Part shown: one piece after another, positions 29,177 through 37,540 of the stretch
Layout of the letters: the number at the start of each line of letters is the position of its first letter
Position numbering within the stretch: the first letter of the stretch is position 1
DNA from: an uncultured bacterium
GTDB lineage: Bacteria > Bacillota_I > Bacilli_A > RF39 > UBA660
DNA: 64,000 nucleotides
Assembly: GCA_946643435.1 (NCBI GenBank)
Contig: CAMPCD010000001.1
Coordinates: 88,117 to 152,116 of the forward strand
Reading direction: 5' to 3'
The notes under the pieces: generated by a model
Seen by the model: the letters and a program-made list of their open reading frames with translations, nothing else
Database searches by the model: none
What the model was told of the DNA's origin: nothing
Program-made: the position numbers and the translations under genes

Positions 29177-30406
29177 ATGAAAGATAAAGAGTTCGAAATT
29201 AGCATACCAAGAATAAGTGAAACTAAGCAATTATTTAGTTTAATAATATTAATGTGCGTATTAATCCTGGATTCTATATACATTAATAAATACAATTTCG
29301 AAGCTAATAAATCTTATGCCTATTCAGACAAAATAGGTATTGTAGATAAACCTTCTGCTATTACTATCTATAATAATAAAGGAAAAGTAGAAGCAACAAA
29401 GAGCAGTAAAGTAAATGTAGATGATATTATTGATATATATGTATGTAAAAACAACAATTGTAAAGTAATAGATTTAAATACTACATCAAAAGAACTACTA
29501 GTACTTGATGAAGACTATACACTTTACAACTACGATACAAAAGACGAAACATCAGTAAATATTGATGTAAAGGAATATCAAGATATCAAGTTTGTAGAAA
29601 ACGACTTATATATAAAAGATGAAGATAAATATGCTATCTTTGATTTAAAGAATAATGATTACTTAACTGATTTTATTTACGATAATATATTAGTTAGAAC
29701 TTTCAACGGAATCGAAGAATCAGTATTTGGTGGATATACAAATAATAGTAAATATAATCAAGTATTAGATATATATAATAAAAACAATGAGATTATTAAA
29801 CATTACAATCACTGTACAAAACTAGAACAAAATGATCAATTATATTGTAATGAACATGTTGAAGGAACAATCACTAATGAAGAAGTAGATAAAACATTAG
29901 ATATTATATTAGAGCAATATCCAGACTTAAATGATACAAGATTCTATGAAGTAAAGAATGCTATTGAAACAGTTGGTCTTCCTTACCTATGGGGTGGTGG
30001 ACATTCAACACTAAAAAATACTTTAGATATAGCTAATAAAAACTGGGGTAAGAAAATGGTTTTCTTATCTAAAGGATTTGATAGACAAGAAGGCGGTAAA
30101 GAATATCCTGCTGGACTTGACTGTGCTGGATTTGTAAGATGGGTTATTTACTCAGCATCTGGTGTAGACCTTTATAAAGACCATATAAATGTCATAAGTG
30201 GTAGAAATAAAGATGTAACATTAATAAATAAAGAAGACTTATTACCTGGTGATATTATCCTAGATAAAGATCATGTAGTAATATATTTATATAAAGACCA
30301 AAACAATAATCCAATAAGTGTGCATGCTGCTCTAGGTTCATTAAAAGTTGAAATAAGTCACTATAAAAGAGGCAATAGATACTATAGATTAAATGCATGG
30401 ATGTAA
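29177..30406 (+). CDS. Membrane-anchored NlpC/P60-family cell-wall peptidase
   Basis: C-terminal domain with catalytic Cys (GLDCAGFVRWV) and His (DHVVIYLY). N-terminal TM LFSLIILMCVLILDSIYI. Confidence 0.75.
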   Translation: MKDKEFEISIPRISETKQLFSLIILMCVLILDSIYINKYNFEANKSYAYSDKIGIVDKPSAITIYNNKGKVEATKSSKVNVDDIIDIYVCKNNNCKVIDLNTTSKELLVLDEDYTLYNYDTKDETSVNIDVKEYQDIKFVENDLYIKDEDKYAIFDLKNNDYLTDFIYDNILVRTFNGIEESVFGGYTNNSKYNQVLDIYNKNNEIIKHYNHCTKLEQNDQLYCNEHVEGTITNEEVDKTLDIILEQYPDLNDTRFYEVKNAIETVGLPYLWGGGHSTLKNTLDIANKNWGKKMVFLSKGFDRQEGGKEYPAGLDCAGFVRWVIYSASGVDLYKDHINVISGRNKDVTLINKEDLLPGDIILDKDHVVIYLYKDQNNNPISVHAALGSLKVEISHYKRGNRYYRLNAWM

Positions 30407-30408
30407 TA

Positions 30409-30436
30409 AGGAGTGTTAACAACACTCTTTTATTTT
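30409..30436 (+). terminator. Rho-independent terminator of NlpC/P60 gene
   Basis: GAGTGTT-aac-AACACTC hairpin then TTTATTTTG, directly after stop. Confidence 0.7.
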
Positions 30437-30513
30437 GCTATTTAACGTATAAATGTAGTAAACCAGGAATTTATTAATTGATTTTACCCCTTATATCTAG
30501 TAATATTAATATA

Positions 30514-30619
30514 GGCAAGATATGAAAATAACTTGCCGATAGCTCTAACGATTTAACCAATGTTAGAGTATATCAACCAAAACCCCCTGAATGGCTCCCT
30601 TATGGGAGTCTCTTTTTTT
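30514..30619 (+). ncRNA. Candidate small RNA (~105 nt): promoter, two hairpins, C-rich unpaired stretch, intrinsic terminator
   Basis: TTGATT(30478-30483)-17 nt-TAATAT(30501-30506). Hairpins GGCAAG/CTTGCC and CTCTAAC/GTTAGAG. Unpaired UAUAUCAACCAAAACCCCCUGAAU. Terminator GGCTCCC-ttat-GGGAGTC plus T8 (30593-30619). Lies between the terminator of the upstream gene and the promoter/SD of the downstream gene. Confidence 0.35.
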
Positions 30620-30685
30620 ATGTAAAGAATAGTAAGCAAAATATAAAGATATACTATATATGGTATAATTAATATGGTGATAATC

Positions 30686-31369
30686 ATGGAGAAGAAAACT
30701 AAATACGCTATTTTTAATTATGTCGAACAAGATCAAGATTTAATAGATGGTCTAGAAGAATATTTAAACGAACATGTAGAAGAAATATATGAATTCTTTG
30801 ATACTGAACTACAAAGAAAACAAGTAAATATAAACATCATACCTACAAAACAACAATATGATGAAATTGTAATGAAAAAAACAAATAAAACAGAAGTTCC
30901 AGATTGGGAAATAGGAAATGCTAGTAATGGTGGAATAACTCAAGTATCTCTTCATGATTATGGTAATACTTCACACGCTTTCCCGCCTGAAAAATATGAC
31001 CAAGTTTTTGATAAATTCAAAAAAACTATGATTCATGAATATACTCATTTAGTTGTAAAGGCATACTTAGCAAAATATGATGCTGGTTATACACTTAGAT
31101 ATTTAAATGAAGGAATAGCTCAATATTTAAGTAAACAACAAGAAAATATTGAATTGAATATGATTTATTCACTTGAAGATATACTAGAAAGTACAAGTTG
31201 TTATAAAGGATGGTTCTTATTAACTAAATATATAGTAGAAGTAAAAGGACAAGAATATTTTTTAAATCTACTTAGAAATAGACTACAAGCTTTATCTGAA
31301 ACTCCTATTCTATATGAGGAAGCAACAAAATACTATGAAAGCTTAAAGAATAATAACAAGGTGATATAA
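30686..31369 (+). CDS. Putative zinc metallopeptidase (HExxH...E gluzincin-like)
   Basis: HEYTH followed ~20 aa later by NEG. Start set at ATG 30686 (GGTGA SD, 5-nt spacer) rather than upstream GTG/ATG. Confidence 0.5.
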   Translation: MEKKTKYAIFNYVEQDQDLIDGLEEYLNEHVEEIYEFFDTELQRKQVNINIIPTKQQYDEIVMKKTNKTEVPDWEIGNASNGGITQVSLHDYGNTSHAFPPEKYDQVFDKFKKTMIHEYTHLVVKAYLAKYDAGYTLRYLNEGIAQYLSKQQENIELNMIYSLEDILESTSCYKGWFLLTKYIVEVKGQEYFLNLLRNRLQALSETPILYEEATKYYESLKNNNKVI

Positions 31370-31990
31370 ATGACAAAAATAATCTTAATGAGACATTCAC
31401 AACCAATGAATTCAAACATTGGAATCAATGATAGTAATGATTCTGATCAAGTACGAAATGAAAAGAATATATTAACTCCAGAAGGAGAAAAAAGAGCTGA
31501 AGAATTAGCTAAAAAGGATATATTTAAAGATATAGATGTATTATATTCATCTAATTATGTAAGAACTATGTCTACAGCTAAATATATAGCATTCAATAAT
31601 AATATAGATTTAAACATGAATGAAAAATTAGGTGAAAGAAAATTTGGTATAGCTATTAATGATTTACCTAAGGATTTCTTTACAAGACAATGGAAAGAAC
31701 TAGACTACAAAGAAGGTAATGGAGAATCTATAAATGATACTAAAGAAAGAATTACTAGTGTAATAAATGAGATAATAAGTAAAAACAAAGATAAAAACAT
31801 ATGTATAGTATCACATGCTACAGCAATATCAGCATATTTCTTAAACTTCCTAGAATTAAGAATAAATGATGGTCTTACATGGTATTTAAATAATGAACTA
31901 GTATTTGATGGTAAATGGGATGCACCACATGCATTTGAACTAGAAATAGAAAATGGTAAATTAATATCATTTAAAAACATAGGTAGATAA
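31370..31990 (+). CDS. Histidine phosphatase superfamily protein (phosphoglycerate-mutase-like)
   Basis: N-terminal catalytic motif ILMRHSQ (RHG-type). Start overlaps upstream stop (TAAATG). Confidence 0.75.
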   Translation: MTKIILMRHSQPMNSNIGINDSNDSDQVRNEKNILTPEGEKRAEELAKKDIFKDIDVLYSSNYVRTMSTAKYIAFNNNIDLNMNEKLGERKFGIAINDLPKDFFTRQWKELDYKEGNGESINDTKERITSVINEIISKNKDKNICIVSHATAISAYFLNFLELRINDGLTWYLNNELVFDGKWDAPHAFELEIENGKLISFKNIGR

Positions 31991-32003
31991 CCTATGCTTT
32001 TTT
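31978..32003. terminator. Bidirectional terminator shared by phosphatase gene (+) and recG (-)
   Basis: CATAGG-tagataa-CCTATG hairpin followed by CTTTTTT. Confidence 0.6.
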
Positions 32004-33996
32004 AATCTGTATTTAATAGTTTTTCTTCTATTACTTTGTAATATGAATAATCTCTAAAGCCATTATCAATATTATTATTAATAAATTCTTCACTATCTTT
32101 TTTACATTGTAATAATATTTTCATATCAGTTCTTATATCAGCAATCTTAAAGACCATATCACCATGTTGTTTAGTTCCAAACAAATCTCCTGATCCTCTT
32201 AACTCATAATCTTTATCAGCTATATAGAAACCATCATTAGATTCACACATAACATGTAATCTATCTGTTTCTTTATCAGATATTAATAGACAGTATGATT
32301 GTAACTCATTTCTACCTACTCTACCTCTTAACTGATGAAGTGTAGCTAGACCAAATCTTTCAGCATTAAATATGGTCATAACTGTAGAGTTTTTAACATC
32401 TACTCCTACTTCAATTACAGTAGTAGATATTAATATGTCTACTTTACCATCTTTAAACTTGTTCATAACTTTATCTTTATCAACTTGTTTCATCTTGCCA
32501 TGTAATATTTCTATTGATGGTTTAATAGATAAATTGTTAACAAGCAAATCTTTTATCTTCTTTAAATCTTGTAACTCTTCTCTATCTTCTTCATCATCTA
32601 TTAAAGGAGCAACTACATATACTTGATGTCCTTCATTTATTTGTTTTGTAATAACGCTACATACTTCTTTAATTTTATTCATTGGATAAAGATTAGTTAT
32701 TATTTCTTTTCTACCACTTGGTTTACTCTTAATCATAGATATATCCATATCACCATATATAGTTAATGCATATGTTCTTGGTATTGGTGTAGCTGACATA
32801 TATAATACGTCTACATTCATACCTTTATTTTGAAGTGCTTTTCTTTGATTAACTCCAAATCTATGTTGTTCATCTGTTACTACTAATCCTATATTATTAA
32901 ACTCTATATCATCAGATATAATGGCATGAGTACCAATTAATATATCTATTTCATTTGTTAATAACTTATTCTTTATCAACTTTTTATCTAGAGCACTTGT
33001 ACTACCTGTTAATAAAGCAACTTTTATATTTGGAAATAATTTAACAAAATTATCATAATGTTGATTAGCTAATACTTCTGTAGGTGCTAGTATAGCTGAT
33101 TGATATCCACATGATAAATTAACTAAACAAGCAATAAATGATACTATTGTCTTACCAGATCCTACATCACCTAATACTAATCTATTCATTCTCTTTTCAT
33201 CTTTAAAATCATTAACAATATCTTCTATGGCTTTATCTTGATCTTCAGTTAATTCAAATGGTAAAGATGATTTGATTTTATCTATAATAGAAGAATCAAC
33301 ATTCTTTATGTAATAATCATTAAATACTCTAGATTTTAACTTCAATAAATTAATTTTAAACATAAATTCAAATAATTCATCATATTTAAGTTTTAACTTA
33401 GATTTTTTTAATCTATCTAAACTAGTTGGATTATGTATTTCTTTAATAGCACTTTCTGTATCTAACAATTCATATCTATCATTTATATATGTTGGTAATA
33501 CATCTTCAACATTAAAAGAAGATAAACTATTATCAATCAAAGTCTTTAAACTTTTTCTCTTTAAACCTTGAACCATATGATAAACAGGTTCTACTTCAGT
33601 CTTAATAATTGGATAAAGCTTTATATCCGATGCAGTAAAACTATTATTCTTAATAGAATACTTACCTATTAAAGTAATGTCCTTTCCAATTGATAAAGAT
33701 TGTTTAAGATATGATCTATTAAAAATAACTACTTTAATAATCTTGCCATTTGTCTCTAAATTAAAAGCTAATCTATTTAATGTCTTCTTAATAAAGAAGA
33801 TATTTGGATTACTTACTATCTTACCAGATACAACTATTGTATCCTCTTCATTAATATCACGACTAATATCAACTGGATGATAGATATTATATCTATATGG
33901 ATAATATCTAATTAAATCATCTATAGTATTAATATTTAACTTATTTAAATACTCTAAAGTCTTAGGTCCAACACCTTTTAATTGAGACAATTCCAT
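32002..33996 (-). CDS. recG: ATP-dependent DNA helicase RecG
   Basis: Walker A LGDVGSGKT. DEQH motif VTDEQHRFG. Wedge plus helicase architecture. 664 aa. Confidence 0.9.
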   Translation of the reverse strand: MELSQLKGVGPKTLEYLNKLNINTIDDLIRYYPYRYNIYHPVDISRDINEEDTIVVSGKIVSNPNIFFIKKTLNRLAFNLETNGKIIKVVIFNRSYLKQSLSIGKDITLIGKYSIKNNSFTASDIKLYPIIKTEVEPVYHMVQGLKRKSLKTLIDNSLSSFNVEDVLPTYINDRYELLDTESAIKEIHNPTSLDRLKKSKLKLKYDELFEFMFKINLLKLKSRVFNDYYIKNVDSSIIDKIKSSLPFELTEDQDKAIEDIVNDFKDEKRMNRLVLGDVGSGKTIVSFIACLVNLSCGYQSAILAPTEVLANQHYDNFVKLFPNIKVALLTGSTSALDKKLIKNKLLTNEIDILIGTHAIISDDIEFNNIGLVVTDEQHRFGVNQRKALQNKGMNVDVLYMSATPIPRTYALTIYGDMDISMIKSKPSGRKEIITNLYPMNKIKEVCSVITKQINEGHQVYVVAPLIDDEEDREELQDLKKIKDLLVNNLSIKPSIEILHGKMKQVDKDKVMNKFKDGKVDILISTTVIEVGVDVKNSTVMTIFNAERFGLATLHQLRGRVGRNELQSYCLLISDKETDRLHVMCESNDGFYIADKDYELRGSGDLFGTKQHGDMVFKIADIRTDMKILLQCKKDSEEFINNNIDNGFRDYSYYKVIEEKLLNTD

Positions 33997-34154
33997 ATAG
34001 ATCTTCCTTTCATTTTTAATTATATCATTTAATGTTATTATAGACTAAAAAAACGGCAATTTATAACTTAAAATTATATAATTATATAGGGATATAACCG
34101 TAGGTTATAGGGTATATAATTTTTTTAAATAAATGCTTAAAAATGCACTAAAAA

Positions 34155-34174
34155 AAGTTGACAAACATCAACTT
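34155..34174. terminator. Hairpin AAGTTGA-caaaca-TCAACTT flanked by A7/T4; near-identical copy of argS terminator element at 22830-22856
   Basis: AAAAAAAGTTGAYAAACAYCAACTTTTC occurs at 22832-22858 and 34149-34176. Acts as minus-strand terminator (U7) and contains TTGACA -35 for plus-strand sRNA candidate. Confidence 0.5.
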
Positions 34175-34191
34175 TTCAATTAGTATATATC

Positions 34192-34288
34192 GTACCAATT
34201 CACTTACAGGCGAATTGGTGCTAGTATCACACTAGCCAACCCCTTTTTATTCTTTGGAAGGCGTCCTCAGGGGGACGCCTTTCTTTTT
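34192..34288 (+). ncRNA. Candidate small RNA (~97 nt) with near-consensus sigma-A promoter and GC-rich terminator
   Basis: TTGACA(34158-34163)-17 nt-TAGTAT(34181-34186). Hairpins ACCAATTC/GAATTGGT and GCTAGT/ACTAGC. Unpaired CAACCCCUUUUUAUUCUUUGG. Terminator AAGGCGTCC-tcaggg-GGACGCCTT plus TTCTTTTT. Terminator GC content is anomalous for this genome. Confidence 0.35.
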
Positions 34289-34290
34289 GT

Positions 34291-34482
34291 TTAAATAAAT
34301 ATATTTAATATATCTAGTATTAAAGATCCACTTAAATATGTTAAAGCCATAATAATTAATGTAGTAAATATTCTAGCTTCCCATATATGATTAGTTTTAA
34401 ATATATTATTAATATTAATACCAGATACAGCGAATGTTGATACTAGCAACATTATTCCATATACTAAAATCTTAATACTCAT
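34291..34482 (-). CDS. Possible small two-TM membrane protein (63 aa)
   Basis: Hydrophobic ORF overlapping rpiB stop by 11 nt. Confidence 0.35.
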   Translation of the reverse strand: MSIKILVYGIMLLVSTFAVSGININNIFKTNHIWEARIFTTLIIMALTYLSGSLILDILNIFI

Positions 34483-34918
34483 CAGATTCGTACTCTTCTA
34501 TTTCTTTTAATCTTCTAATGTGTCTTTCATCGCCATAGAATGATTCTTCTATAAAAGCTAATGACATAGCTCTAATCTTATCAATATCTTCTTTATAAGA
34601 CATTGCAAGTATTTGTGCGTTGTTATGACCCTTAGCTAATTTAGCTTCTTCTACAGATGAAGCTAAAGCACAACGAATACCTCTATGTTTATTAGCTGCT
34701 ATTGCCATACCAATACCTGTACCACACATTAATATTCCTAAGTCTACTTCTCTTTTTTGAATTGCTCTACAAACTTTATGAGCAAATTTAGGATAATCAT
34801 CTAATGGATCATTAACAGGAGAGTAATCTTTAATTTCATAACCCTTCTTTGTTAAATATTCTATTAGTATCTTCTTTTCATTCACACCATTGTGATCTGT
34901 AGCTATACCTATTTTCAT
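34472..34918 (-). CDS. rpiB: Ribose-5-phosphate isomerase B (RpiB/LacAB family)
   Basis: MKIGIATDHNGVNEKK...GILMCGTGIGMAIAANK. Start at internal Met with GGAGGAA SD; the longer ORF-track start overlaps upstream gene. Confidence 0.85.
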   Translation of the reverse strand: MKIGIATDHNGVNEKKILIEYLTKKGYEIKDYSPVNDPLDDYPKFAHKVCRAIQKREVDLGILMCGTGIGMAIAANKHRGIRCALASSVEEAKLAKGHNNAQILAMSYKEDIDKIRAMSLAFIEESFYGDERHIRRLKEIEEYESDEY

Positions 34919-34919
34919 T

Positions 34920-35912
34920 TTATTCCTCCTCCATAGCCTTTTTAAATCTAGGCAACAAACCATATTTATCTTTTTTATGTACTGGCAATTCATATAAGTC
35001 GTGTCCTGGGAAATCATTACCTTCTATTAGGCATGGTTTCTTTTCACCTAAGCAAACGTCCCATGCAATATATCCTACCTCAGGAACAACTTCACATGCA
35101 TCAATACATAACTTTTTAACATCATCCCACATAGGTATTTGAATACCTACTATTTTTTTATTTGTTTCAGGATGTACTTCAAACACATTAGTATCTTTAT
35201 CAATAGCTGGGAAATTAATCTTTCCTGTATCAACATCAATAGCTGTTACCATACCACCATGATTAAAGTTATCTACAACATTACCATGGTTACCTATTCT
35301 TAAGTAAGCAGTAACTACTTTCTTATTTAGTGTAACTATTCTTAAAGTATTTACTGAATGAGGATATAACTCATTCAATAAATGATGTTGTTCAGCAACA
35401 TCTTCTACTAATGTTTGTCCAGATTCTAATAAATCATTATAAAGTTTATCTATATCTTTTGGTACTTTAATCTTATCTACGCCTTTTCCACATGATAAGT
35501 CTAATGGTTTTACTATAACTTCCTTTTTACCCTTTAAATAGGCCTTAAAATCATCTACAGAAGCATCTTTTAAATAAATCCATTCTCTATTAAGATATTT
35601 ATCAAATAATTTATTAAATAAAGCCTTATCTTCAAATATACTGATCTTAGTTTTATCATTAAATCTTTTTACTATATCATTATTAACTCCACGAGTTATT
35701 ATTGTTTTTCTTTCATCTTCATTCATATCAAACATTCTAAATTGATAATAATCAACATAGCCTGCACCATATTTAGATGCACAGTGTGCCCAATCAAAAA
35801 ATATACCAATTCTATTTTTATGATTTATGTCATGAACCATATTAATAGTCTTAAACATATTTCCATAATTCATATGAATAATTCTTTGAAATATATAACT
35901 AATCTTACCCAT
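34920..35912 (-). CDS. ATP-grasp domain protein (sugar-transfer-associated ATP-grasp type)
   Basis: Central ATP-grasp fold signature (KPLDLSCGKGV..., ...EGNDFPGHDLY). Start set at MGKISYIF preceded by AAGGAGAA. Confidence 0.55.
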   Translation of the reverse strand: MGKISYIFQRIIHMNYGNMFKTINMVHDINHKNRIGIFFDWAHCASKYGAGYVDYYQFRMFDMNEDERKTIITRGVNNDIVKRFNDKTKISIFEDKALFNKLFDKYLNREWIYLKDASVDDFKAYLKGKKEVIVKPLDLSCGKGVDKIKVPKDIDKLYNDLLESGQTLVEDVAEQHHLLNELYPHSVNTLRIVTLNKKVVTAYLRIGNHGNVVDNFNHGGMVTAIDVDTGKINFPAIDKDTNVFEVHPETNKKIVGIQIPMWDDVKKLCIDACEVVPEVGYIAWDVCLGEKKPCLIEGNDFPGHDLYELPVHKKDKYGLLPRFKKAMEEE

Positions 35913-36065
35913 ACAATTCTCCTTATGGTTATTATACCACATATTTAATTTTATAATAACCTCTACCTATTATATCATTTTATAGTTGATACTTTATAAA
36001 TTGATTGAATACTTTACAACTTATAGTATTAATATATGTTATAATTATTACAATGAGGTGTCATG

Positions 36066-37238
36066 ATGAACAAAAGACTTAAAATCGGTATATTTATGGA
36101 CAGTTTTTACCCAACTATAGATGGTGTTGTATTAGTTATAGATAATTTAGCTAAAGAATTATCAAAATATAATGATGTAGTCATGGTTGTTCCTTATAAT
36201 TCTTCAGTTGATGAGGATAAAAATAGACCATATAAAGTAATAAGAATAAGTAGTTTTAAACTACCAACTACTGAATATACTGTATCTTTACCAAAAAGTA
36301 AGTTATCTAAAGAATTTAAACAATTAGTAAATGAACATTTTGATGTTATACATATTCATTCACCATTCATGCTAGGATCACTTGGAGTTAAGGTAGCTAA
36401 AGCATGTCATATACCTATAATTGGTACTTTCCATACAAGATATGATTTTGAATTAAATAAAAGATTAAAAAATAAGGTTATAACAAATAAGGTTATAAAA
36501 GTTATTATTAAAACATTAAATCAATGCAATAAATGCATAGCAATAAATAGTAAAATGATAGATGTATTTAAAGACTATGGATATAAACATGAACCAGTTA
36601 TTATTTACAATGGAACAGACTTAAAACCTTTAGATAATAAAGAAGAAGCTATAGATAAAGTTAATAAACTATATAATTTCAAAAAAGATGATAATATTTT
36701 ATTGTTTGTCGGAAGAATTACATCGATTAAAAATATATTCTTTATACTAAATTCATTAAAACTATTAAATGAAGATGGATATAATTTTAAGATGTTATAT
36801 GTAGGTGAAGGTGCAGATCTTAAGAAATTGCAAAAGAAGATAAAAGAATATAACTTAGAAGATAAAGTAATAGCAAATGGTCCTATAAATGATAGAAATC
36901 TACTATCTGCTATATATACAAGAGCAAATCTATTCTTATTTCCTTCTTTATTTGATGCATCATCATTAGTACAAATAGAAGCTGCTGTTAATGAAACTCC
37001 TGGTTTATTTATTGATGGAGCAGTCACAGCTGATACAGTAATAAATGGAGTATCTGGTTATACATGTGAATTAGATAATACTGTTTATAAAGATAAAATA
37101 AAAGAAATACTTAATGATAAGAAACAATTAGCAAAAGTATCTAAGAATGCAAGAGAGATGTTAGGTAAATCTTGGGAAACAATAGCTAAGGAAACTTATA
37201 ATTTATATATTGAAGAAATAAAAAAGATGTCTAAATAG
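36066..37238 (+). CDS. GT4-family glycosyltransferase (diacylglycerol/glycolipid glycosyltransferase-like)
   Basis: N-terminal KIGIFMDSFYPTIDGV. C-terminal E-x7-E region of GT-B retaining glycosyltransferases. Confidence 0.75.
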   Translation: MNKRLKIGIFMDSFYPTIDGVVLVIDNLAKELSKYNDVVMVVPYNSSVDEDKNRPYKVIRISSFKLPTTEYTVSLPKSKLSKEFKQLVNEHFDVIHIHSPFMLGSLGVKVAKACHIPIIGTFHTRYDFELNKRLKNKVITNKVIKVIIKTLNQCNKCIAINSKMIDVFKDYGYKHEPVIIYNGTDLKPLDNKEEAIDKVNKLYNFKKDDNILLFVGRITSIKNIFFILNSLKLLNEDGYNFKMLYVGEGADLKKLQKKIKEYNLEDKVIANGPINDRNLLSAIYTRANLFLFPSLFDASSLVQIEAAVNETPGLFIDGAVTADTVINGVSGYTCELDNTVYKDKIKEILNDKKQLAKVSKNAREMLGKSWETIAKETYNLYIEEIKKMSK

Positions 37239-37248
37239 ACATCTTTTA

Positions 37249-37452
37249 TTATTCACCAAGATTATATTTCTTATTGAATTTTTCAATACTACCAGTTTTT
37301 TTCTTCTTTCCTTGAGCACCAGTATAGAATGGATGACATTCTGAACAAATTTCTACATTTTGTTCTGGCTTATTGCTCATAGCCTTAAAAGTAGCTCCAC
37401 ATGCACATTTAAAAGTACATTCTACTGTTTCTGGATGTAAATTTTTCTTCAT
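37249..37452 (-). CDS. rpmE: 50S ribosomal protein L31 (zinc-ribbon type A)
   Basis: MKKNLHPETVECTFKCACGATF...CSECHPFYTG. Confidence 0.9.
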   Translation of the reverse strand: MKKNLHPETVECTFKCACGATFKAMSNKPEQNVEICSECHPFYTGAQGKKKKTGSIEKFNKKYNLGE

Positions 37453-37540
37453 AAATTACTCTCCTTCCGCCAAGACATATTCATGCCTTAGAAATTTAAT
37501 TGCCCTATTAATATATCATTTATATGGAGTAAAATCAAGT

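Noticed and set aside
30661-30688. Leaderless mRNA for the HExxH gene (extended -10 TGGTATAAT then ATG at 30674)
   Set aside because: A GGTGA Shine-Dalgarno with 5-nt spacer precedes the in-frame ATG at 30686. The same GGTGATAATC-ATG arrangement recurs at addB (14118) and at 25990, so conventional initiation at 30686 is more parsimonious.
34919-35017. Long N-terminal extension of rpiB (MISQDTTYMNCQ...)
   Set aside because: It overlaps the upstream ATP-grasp gene. The internal Met MKIGIATDH has a GGAGGAA SD and matches RpiB N-termini.
37453-37540. Possible Zur box upstream of rpmE
   Set aside because: L31 here is the Cys-containing zinc-ribbon form, which is not the Zur-regulated paralogue. 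No clear AAATCGTAATNATTACGATTT-like palindrome is seen.
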